IMG/VR virus record: IMGVR_UViG_3300035698_001938
Coordinates: 1 to 12,661 of that record
From: a virus
Direction: 5' to 3' (one strand)
DNA length: 12,661 nt
The first letter of the stretch is position 1, and each line of letters opens with the position of its first letter. The notes beneath the pieces are model-generated. The model had not been told where the DNA came from. It saw nothing but the letters and a program-made list of their open reading frames with translations, and ran no database searches. Made by a program: the position numbers and the translations under genes. Shown piece after piece: positions 8,035 to 12,661 of this stretch.

Positions 8035-8874
8035 ATGGCAGCAGGCGATATTTTACACGTAGCAGGAAACCTTCATCCATCTAGGCACGCCGCCAAATTC
8101 ATAGCTACAGAAGACCAAGCCGTAGTGATTGACGCTTTCGCAGTCGCGAGAGTAGCTGCAGGAGACACAGAAGGCACATTTTCGGCATGGGTCAATATCC
8201 CCGACATTACGGGAGACTATGGAATTATTTCATGTGGAAACACGGCCACTATAGAATTTGTCACTTTAAGAGTAACAGCAGGAAAGCTAGTCGTAGAACT
8301 TAACGACGCAACAGCCGATAGATTTGAGCATACTTCTACCAATGTTGTGATTATACCACATAGATGGCACCATGTCGCAGTGGCACAAAATGGATATTCA
8401 AGCGCACCTAAATTATATGTAGATGGTGAAGCAGTCGCACAAACTGTAACACTAGCAACCAATAATACTTTATGGTTTGGAACCCTATCACTTATGACTG
8501 ACGACGCAAGCATAGGAGCAGCAGAAGAAGCAGGAGCCGCAGCCCAAATTAGAGAATTCAAAGGGGGCATTTCTGACGTTAAATATTGGAGTGCAGAACT
8601 CACAGCAGAACAAGTTAAGAGCGATTATTTAGGACAATCCCCCTCACTTATTACAGGAACAGTAGCAGACCTAATCTCATGGTGGGATATGAAAGACGAT
8701 TATATAGATTCTGTCGCAGGACATGACGGAGCAGCAGGCGCCTCTATTCATTTATGCAGTCAATATTCTGAATTTACCTCAAGAATGGTAGAATTAGGCC
8801 AAGTCGTGGCAGATGATATATGTATCTCTGTGAATGATAAAGAGGGTCATTGTATAATTGTTAAGGCGGCGTAA
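8035..8874 (+). CDS. LamG / concanavalin-A-like jelly-roll domain protein (probable adhesin or decoration protein)
   Basis: 279 aa. It shows the LamG_3-type pattern FSAWVNIPD ... HRWHHVAVAQNG ... LYVDGEAV ... FKGGISDVKYWSAELTAEQV. Confidence 0.7.
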   Translation: MAAGDILHVAGNLHPSRHAAKFIATEDQAVVIDAFAVARVAAGDTEGTFSAWVNIPDITGDYGIISCGNTATIEFVTLRVTAGKLVVELNDATADRFEHTSTNVVIIPHRWHHVAVAQNGYSSAPKLYVDGEAVAQTVTLATNNTLWFGTLSLMTDDASIGAAEEAGAAAQIREFKGGISDVKYWSAELTAEQVKSDYLGQSPSLITGTVADLISWWDMKDDYIDSVAGHDGAAGASIHLCSQYSEFTSRMVELGQVVADDICISVNDKEGHCIIVKAA

Positions 8875-8875
8875 A

Positions 8876-9025
8876 ATGTCTAATACTTCTGGAGAGAAAG
8901 AACTAAAAAGAGCCTGGCCTCACACTACAGGATTAACCGCCGAGACAACCAAGCAAGAAGGGAGAGAATCGGCTCTAATACCTCAAAATTCCCTAGTGCC
9001 TAACAGGAAAAAAGTAGGATTATGA
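8876..9025 (+). CDS. 49-aa mini-protein (MSNTSGEKELKRAWPHTTGLTAETTKQEGRESALIPQNSLVPNRKKVGL)
   Basis: Hand-translated. It has a TAAAATG junction upstream and an ATGA overlap with the fibre gene downstream. Confidence 0.4.
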   Translation: MSNTSGEKELKRAWPHTTGLTAETTKQEGRESALIPQNSLVPNRKKVGL

Positions 9026-10578
9026 CCCGAACCAAAACAGACAGAATCTTAGGCCAACTAAGAGGCAGGCCAAGACCAAAGGCACCAATAGCCGCCAATC
9101 TAATTCTCCCAAATAACTCAGGCGACCACCAAAAATCTATCAAAAGAAATGCTCCTATCAATAATATAGATTTAGTCAATAAAGAATACGTTGATACATT
9201 AACCACAAACCATCCACACCAAAACGTAAATACAACAGCAAGCCCAACTTTTAAAATCCTAAACATAGGAAATTCTAATGCTTATCACAGAATCAATTTT
9301 TATGCTGGTGGAAGTCCGACGGGTGCGTCCATTGTATATGATAATGCCTATAACTGGATTGGTGTTAATGCTGATTTAGCTGTAAGCGGAAGAATATTTT
9401 CAACGAGTACTATTTCTACAACTGGTGCAGGGGATGATTTTTGGTTAGGCAATACAACACAGGCAAGCGCTTCTTTTCAGGCTTATGCCAATGGCAACTT
9501 AACAGCGAAAGGGATAACTACTCTTGGATCCACAGGACAAATGAGTATCGACGCTAGTGGCAATTTAGAAACTACAGGAACAGGAGAATTCAGCGGATTA
9601 GATATAGTTACAGGCGGGACAGCTGTAATATATTACGGTGATGGCGGGCCAGCTGATTCTTTAAGATTTCAGGGAAGGGGATTTATAGTAAATGACGTAG
9701 CTTACGGAAGCACAGGATTCGCTAACACTATTACCGCGGGTCTAAATTCTACCCTTGCGTCATGGACTATTAATGAAAATTTCATAGTTATTTCAAATAA
9801 TGAAAATATAGAATTGAAAACCAATACCGCAGCAAAAAAGATAACTTTTACCACAGCAACAATTGATGTTAATGGAGCAGATGTTAATTTAGATGATAAT
9901 AAATTACTAACTTTTGGGGGTACAATAACCGATATGCAACTCTCTAGTGATGGCACAAACGGCCTAATAACCGCCGCTACATCAATAAGACTAGGCACAG
10001 CAACAACTAACTACACCAAAGTGGAAGCAGACGGAACACTAGAATTTAACGGAAACGCTACAGTATGGGACGATTTAAGAACCCCTATCAATGCAGTCAA
10101 AGTGCCAACAACAAAAGCCCCAACATGGACGGCTTACTCCGCTGGTTTATTATTAGGTTTCACAGACCAAGCAGTCGAAGGAAATGAAGAAGAAGTTTAT
10201 TTTACTGTTCAATTACCTCACAGCTATAAAGAAGGGACAGATATAACCCCTCACATACATTGGTTAGTAGATTCTGGAACAATAGACCAAGACTGCAGAT
10301 GGGGCCTAGAATATGAATGGGTCAATATAGACGCTTCCTTTTCCGGAACAACTACTATTCATATTGACGCAAACCTAGACGCAAATGATAGACACTTAGT
10401 GAATGACTTTGCAGCGATATCAGGAGCCGCTAAAACAATCAGTTCTATGCTAGTATGCAGATTATTTAGAAATTCTAGTCACGAAAACGATACTTTAACA
10501 ACAACGGCCTTACTATTGGAAATTGATTTTCACTTTGAAAAGGACATGATAGGCTCAAGACAAATAACTACAAAATAG
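9022..10578 (+). CDS. Tail fibre / receptor-binding protein
   Basis: 518 aa and the largest gene. The N-terminal IDLVNKEYVD motif is typical of phage fibre N-termini. A T/G/N/S-rich beta-type middle region is followed by a distinct C-terminal domain (FTVQLPHSYKEGTDITPHIHW...WGLEYEW). Confidence 0.6.
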   Translation: MTRTKTDRILGQLRGRPRPKAPIAANLILPNNSGDHQKSIKRNAPINNIDLVNKEYVDTLTTNHPHQNVNTTASPTFKILNIGNSNAYHRINFYAGGSPTGASIVYDNAYNWIGVNADLAVSGRIFSTSTISTTGAGDDFWLGNTTQASASFQAYANGNLTAKGITTLGSTGQMSIDASGNLETTGTGEFSGLDIVTGGTAVIYYGDGGPADSLRFQGRGFIVNDVAYGSTGFANTITAGLNSTLASWTINENFIVISNNENIELKTNTAAKKITFTTATIDVNGADVNLDDNKLLTFGGTITDMQLSSDGTNGLITAATSIRLGTATTNYTKVEADGTLEFNGNATVWDDLRTPINAVKVPTTKAPTWTAYSAGLLLGFTDQAVEGNEEEVYFTVQLPHSYKEGTDITPHIHWLVDSGTIDQDCRWGLEYEWVNIDASFSGTTTIHIDANLDANDRHLVNDFAAISGAAKTISSMLVCRLFRNSSHENDTLTTTALLLEIDFHFEKDMIGSRQITTK

Positions 10579-10586
10579 GTGATACT

Positions 10587-10730
10587 ATGGCAACATATGA
10601 AGTTACAAAAAATGAAAAAGAAGAGTTTGTGATTGAAACAAAAACAGAAGAAAGAGACAGAACATATCATAAGCAATGGCTAATAGACGAAATTGCAAGA
10701 CTTAATAATCTATTAGAACAATTAAAATAA
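10587..10730 (+). CDS. 47-aa mini-protein (MATYEVTKNEKEEFVIETKTEERDRTYHKQWLIDEIARLNNLLEQLK)
   Basis: Hand-translated with a GGTGAT-N3-ATG RBS. It is the last gene of the late block. Confidence 0.5.
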   Translation: MATYEVTKNEKEEFVIETKTEERDRTYHKQWLIDEIARLNNLLEQLK

Positions 10731-10874
10731 CTATTACTCTACCTACAACCCCCTACACCACTCTATGCCTTCTCTTATAATAAATTAAAGGGAAAGAAAT
10801 AGCAAGTTGTCTACTTAAATGGATTTCTAGCGCCGCTAATATATAAATCTTTCTATTATACAGATATATTAGCA

Positions 10875-10884
10875 TATGATAGTA
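10875..10884 (+). repeat. TATGATAGTA motif copy (other exact copies at 10926..10935 and 4658..4667; 9/10 match at 12335..12344)
   Basis: Exact 10-mers were found by reading the sequence. The two intergenic copies are 51 bp apart. Confidence 0.8.
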
Positions 10885-10925
10885 CCTATATTCTATACAA
10901 CATATAACTATATAAATAAGTACTC

Positions 10926-10935
10926 TATGATAGTA
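10926..10935 (+). repeat. TATGATAGTA motif copy
   Basis: Exact 10-mer. It also shares an 11th base (T) with the copy at 4658. Confidence 0.8.
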
Positions 10936-10967
10936 TATATTTTTCCCCAAAAAACAAGAAACATAAA

Positions 10968-10993
10968 CTAGGCTGGTCTGCAAATCAGCCTAG
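10968..10993. promoter_or_regulatory. Inverted repeat CTAGGCTG-N10-CAGCCTAG, operator-like or a hairpin
   Basis: The 8-bp arms are perfect. The repeat ends 3 nt before TATAAT (10997..11002) and about 15 nt before the first early gene. Confidence 0.5.
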
Positions 10994-11008
10994 CTTTATA
11001 ATCAAAAG

Positions 11009-11302
11009 GTGATAAAAATAGCAAGCAAACAAGAACTAAAAGGGAGTGAGGCAAGAATTATAGTATATCTGGAAAATAGCGATAAGCCGATACATTATGT
11101 CAGAAAGATTGCAAGTAAGTTAGACATGGACTATGGATATTGCATTAAAATATTAATTGCTATGTTAGAAAAGGGATGGCTGAGTACTGAAAAGACATTT
11201 GCCAATCCTTCAAGAACCTATTATCACTTAACTCAAGAAGGTAAGTGGAAAATAGCTGTAGCAAACAACATAGCTTCAAAAAATATCGAGGTGATAGCAT
11301 GA
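11009..11302 (+). CDS. Winged-helix (MarR/ArsR/TrmB-like) DNA-binding protein; start codon uncertain
   Basis: 97 aa from the GTG at 11009. The pattern ARIIVYLENSDKPIHYVRKIASKLDMDYGYCIKILIAMLEKGWLS...YYHLTQEG is typical of a wHTH. No ATG lies near the 5' end. The GGTGAT at 11008..11013 would instead suggest initiation at the in-frame ATA at 11018. Confidence 0.65.
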   Translation: MIKIASKQELKGSEARIIVYLENSDKPIHYVRKIASKLDMDYGYCIKILIAMLEKGWLSTEKTFANPSRTYYHLTQEGKWKIAVANNIASKNIEVIA

Positions 11303-11631
11303 ACAGAGAAATACAAAAACAAATGACTATAGAAGATGGTAAGCATATAGGTGTAGTAATAGCAATCGAAGAAAGGACAAAGCCATATAAATATTTAGAC
11401 GTGGTGATAGAATTTGAAGAAGGAAAGAAAATTAAAGCTGGATATCCTGACTTCCTTAGTAGTGAATCTAAGCTGGGACAGTTACTCGCTAGATTTAAAG
11501 CCGACGTATCTACTCCTGGAAGCATCGTAGACCCTGAGAAGGTATTGATAGGCAAGAAGTGTCAGTTTATGACATTGAAGGAAGGAAAGTATAGCAATGT
11601 CATACCCGAGAGTGTTAAGCTAGTGGAATAA
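11299..11631 (+). CDS. 110-aa beta-rich protein, possibly an OB-fold/DUF669-like ssDNA-binding protein
   Basis: The ATG at 11299 has a GGTGAT-N3 RBS and an ATGA overlap with the upstream stop, so I prefer it to the track's 11245 start. The pattern DGKHIGVVIAIEER..YKYLDVVIEFEEGKKIKAGYP...LGQLL...DPEKVLIGKKCQF resembles DUF669 from recall, unverified. Confidence 0.6.
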   Translation: MNREIQKQMTIEDGKHIGVVIAIEERTKPYKYLDVVIEFEEGKKIKAGYPDFLSSESKLGQLLARFKADVSTPGSIVDPEKVLIGKKCQFMTLKEGKYSNVIPESVKLVE

Positions 11632-11633
11632 AA

Positions 11634-11843
11634 TTGACAACAGGACTAAATAAATGCTTCTTAAGAAGGCTAACATTCCACAGAGCAAACGAAAATAGCA
11701 CAAGAAGGAATATATATAAACTATTAAGGATATTTAGGTACCCATCATATCAGGCACGTATAATGAGGGACTGGAAACCTAATTACATATATCGTTTCCT
11801 AGAAGCAAGAGGCCAGGCTTATGTCACAGATAGACTTGATTGA
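11634..11843 (+). CDS. Doubtful 69-aa basic ORF with a TTG start
   Basis: There is no ATG near the 5' end and no RBS. It is R/K/Y-rich and fills an otherwise empty gap. It overlaps the next ORF by 23 nt. Confidence 0.25.
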   Translation: MTTGLNKCFLRRLTFHRANENSTRRNIYKLLRIFRYPSYQARIMRDWKPNYIYRFLEARGQAYVTDRLD

Positions 11844-11997
11844 AAGAAAGAAAGAATGTCCTTACTATGATGGTGAACTCTGCTACTTCCATAAGAAGAA
11901 TGAAGACCCAAATAGTAAATACCCCAAACAAGCACGCTTATTCAAATGTCCTGAGAAGAATAGATATGCTAGGTCTAAGTGTAGATTAAAAGAATAA
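11821..11997 (+). CDS. 58-aa Cys4 mini-protein, possibly zinc-binding (MSQIDLIERKKECPYYDGELCYFHKKNEDPNSKYPKQARLFKCPEKNRYARSKCRLKE)
   Basis: Hand-translated and absent from the track. It has four Cys in two pairs and is basic. Mini-proteins of this kind are common in early viral regions. Confidence 0.45.
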   Translation: MSQIDLIERKKECPYYDGELCYFHKKNEDPNSKYPKQARLFKCPEKNRYARSKCRLKE

Positions 11998-12074
11998 AAG
12001 GCCCTTGCAAGCAACGGCCTCCCACTTAGCCACCCCACCATTTAAACACCGAAAGAATGAACATCATAATGCAC
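11990..12074 (-). ncRNA. Candidate ~80-nt antisense sRNA
   Basis: On the minus strand, TTGACA (12108..12103), a 16-nt spacer and TATTGT (12086..12081) lie upstream, and the terminator above lies downstream. The body contains GGUGGGGUGGC. This is inferred from signals only. Confidence 0.3.
11999..12020 (-). terminator. Intrinsic-terminator-like hairpin oriented for minus-strand transcription
   Basis: The minus-strand RNA reads AGGCC-G-UUG-CUUG-CAA-G-GGCCU (5 bp, a G.G mismatch, 3 bp, CUUG loop) followed by UUUUAUUCUUUU. In the + orientation the stem is followed by CCCACUUAGCC with no U tract. Confidence 0.45.
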
Positions 12075-12101
12075 AACAAAACAATAAAATAGGTCATTGC
12101 A

Positions 12102-12326
12102 ATGTCAATAGAGAAACTAGAGCGTGTCATGTGGAGATTAAGAAAGAGAAACCCCAATAATGATAGGCCAACATGGGCAGAGCTAAGAAGGGCTATAATG
12201 TATGAATGTGGCACAGACATATCAACATTCTATAAGAATAAACAAGCTCTTGTCACTTTAGGATGGATTAAGACACGAAACGGCTTAAGGCTATCAATCA
12301 CTAATAAAGATATAACGGGAGAATGA
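12102..12326 (+). CDS. 74-aa winged-helix-like DNA-binding protein (regulator, or possibly a small-terminase-like pac-binding protein)
   Basis: The pattern PTWAELRRAIMYECGTDISTFYKNKQALVTLGWIKTRNG looks like an HTH plus wing. It is the last gene before the non-coding island and terL. Confidence 0.5.
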   Translation: MSIEKLERVMWRLRKRNPNNDRPTWAELRRAIMYECGTDISTFYKNKQALVTLGWIKTRNGLRLSITNKDITGE

Positions 12327-12340
12327 GGATAATGTATGAT

Positions 12341-12420
12341 AGTCCAAGCCTCGCTACGGCTATAGAACCTGTCTGCCTTCGGCACTCGACAGAACCTTAC
12401 GCCTTCGCTACGTTTGGACT
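12341..12420 (+). other. Nested stem structure with embedded direct repeats (candidate structured RNA or protein-binding array)
   Basis: The outer stem pairs 12341..12349 with 12412..12420 (9 bp including one G.U). The inner hairpin is 12369..12392 (CTGTC/GACAG plus TGCC/GGCA around a TTC(G) loop, with a 3-nt bulge). Direct repeats are TCGCTACG (12351..12358 and 12405..12412) and AGAACCT (12364..12370 and 12391..12397). Confidence 0.45.
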
Positions 12421-12536
12421 ACAGTCGCTCAGTCGTTACACTCCAGATGCTCAACGCCTAGTTCCCTCACCGTCTGATGGTCACTATGGCTCAGGCGCCA
12501 AAAGACAACCTCACGCAGTTCGGCATTTATATCTAT

Positions 12537-12553
12537 GCGGCCAATCAGGCCGC
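12537..12553 (+). other. GC hairpin GCGGCC-AATCA-GGCCGC
   Basis: The 6-bp stem is perfect and all G/C. The loop plus closing bases CCAATCA are complementary to TGATTGG at 12635..12641. Confidence 0.6.
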
Positions 12554-12612
12554 CAACCCCAACCCCACCAACACACCCCACACCCTTCGGACCCCCCGCC
12601 ACCCCACCCCAC
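12551..12612 (+). repeat. C-rich, G-poor tract with ACCCC-type repeats; the minus strand carries multiple GGGG runs
   Basis: A hand count of 12551..12610 gives 40 C, 14 A, 4 G and 2 T. It reads ...CAACCCCAACCCCACCAACACACCCCACACCCTTCGGACCCCCCGCCACCCCACCCC. The complement has at least 6 runs of G3 or longer. Confidence 0.9.
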
Positions 12613-12661
12613 TATGATATGTATTAACGAATCTTGATTGGATTGATGTGTGTGTGTGTGT
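12561..12661. repeat. Terminal direct repeat, copy 2 (identical to 1..101)
   Basis: See copy 1. It contains the distal part of the C-rich tract, a TATGATA motif, GATTG GATTG and (TG)7. Confidence 0.97.

Larger units (their letters stand above)
10731..11008. promoter_or_regulatory. AT-rich intergenic control region (candidate early promoter, operator and/or origin)
   Basis: This 278-nt stretch has no credible ORF. It holds a C-rich box (10741..10765), many TATA/TATAAT-like runs, two exact TATGATAGTA copies and an 8-bp inverted repeat next to a TATAAT. Confidence 0.55.

Noticed and set aside
1019-9998. Long minus-strand ORFs antisense to the structural genes (for example 1019..1438, 2972..3343, 3871..4188, 4609..5133, 5811..6305, 6646..6987, 7308..7676, 8217..8603, 9000..9266, 9702..9998)
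   Set aside because: Each lies wholly inside a + strand gene with motif or context support. Their products are low-complexity, hydrophobic or Ser/Leu-rich, as expected from the complement of purine-rich codons. None has an RBS or coupling signal.
10753-10983. 76-aa minus-strand ORF in the AT-rich intergenic region
   Set aside because: It has Ile/Tyr/Leu-rich low-complexity translation of AT-rich repeats and no RBS. It spans the motif copies and palindrome, which look regulatory.
12026-12220. 64-aa minus-strand ORF with two hydrophobic segments (holin or type I toxin-like), ending just before the minus-oriented terminator
   Set aside because: Its 5' two-thirds is antisense to the plausible wHTH gene 12102..12326. 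The only promoter-like signal on that strand (TTGACA at 12108..12103) lies downstream of its start codon. I kept the terminator and promoter as an sRNA hypothesis. A short peptide (MMFILSVFKWWGG) remains a remote possibility.
12474-12480. CTGATGG at 12474..12480 and again at 157..163, resembling the hammerhead ribozyme CUGAUGA box
   Set aside because: The last position is G rather than the conserved A. No appropriately placed GAAA box or three-stem junction could be drawn. The copy at 157..163 is just part of the simple TTCGCC/GGCGAA hairpin.
12341-12612. The GC island as a tRNA, tRNA-derived attP site or CRISPR-like mini-array
   Set aside because: No cloverleaf can be drawn: there is no T-loop GTTCRAnnC, no 7-nt anticodon loop on a 5-bp stem and no acceptor pairing. 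No integrase is present to use an attP. The direct repeats are only 7-8 nt, far shorter than CRISPR repeats.
12323-12637. 104-aa + strand ORF spanning the GC island, whose start forms an ATGA overlap with the wHTH gene stop
   Set aside because: The product is S/P/H/Q-rich and low complexity, ending in PHQHTPHPSDPPPPHP, which is simply the C-tract read in frame. It uses codons (CGG, TCG, CCG, CGC) that look rare in the other genes. Its nucleotide sequence is dominated by hairpins and direct repeats. I cannot fully exclude coding because of the ATGA coupling. Codon-periodic conservation in relatives would reverse this call.
1-12661. The 101-nt end repeats as prophage att sites or LTR-like flanks of an integrated element
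   Set aside because: The repeats sit exactly at the window ends with no flanking host sequence, and there is no integrase or transposase. Non-coding features (the ORF-free island and C-tract) run continuously across the junction. This fits a circularised or terminally redundant viral contig.

Overview
The window appears to be a complete, very small dsDNA tailed-virus-like genome. The first 101 nt (1..101) recur exactly at 12561..12661, so the unique length is 12,560 bp and the contig is circular, circularly permuted or terminally redundant. All credible genes are on the + strand, tightly packed, and often translationally coupled through ATGA, TAATG, TGATG and four identical TAAAATG junctions. 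The late/structural block (270..10730) encodes a large terminase, a possible adaptor, a staphylococcal-nuclease homologue, a repeat protein with a recurring WDIST signature, and a portal candidate. It continues with a 45-aa membrane protein, a 410-aa Gly/Ala-rich plus coiled-coil protein, acidic scaffold-like proteins, a DUF2190-like decoration protein and an HK97-type capsid candidate. It ends with a LamG-fold protein, a 518-aa tail fibre and several mini-ORFs missing from the supplied track. The short early/regulatory block (11009..12326) encodes two winged-helix proteins, an OB/DUF669-like protein and a Cys4 mini-protein. I see no polymerase, primase/helicase, Rep, integrase, clear small terminase, tail tube/sheath or endolysin. 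The most unusual part is about 500 nt of non-coding DNA between the early block and terL (12327..12661, continuing 102..269). It is centred on a roughly 58% G+C island (hand count) containing nested hairpins and short direct repeats, then a 60-nt tract that is 67% C, a (TG)7 run and an AT palindrome. Related signals are an exact 11-mer GCCACCCCACC shared between this island and the 11998..12101 spacer, C-rich boxes at all three operon boundaries, and a dispersed TATGATAGTA motif. There is also a candidate minus-strand sRNA of about 80 nt, with a consensus -35 and the only convincing intrinsic terminator in the window, which points against all the genes. The host is undetermined. The GGAGG/GGTGAT ribosome-binding sites, the sigma70-like promoter and the intrinsic terminator lean bacterial. 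Product calls rest on motif recognition by eye, and no database search was run.
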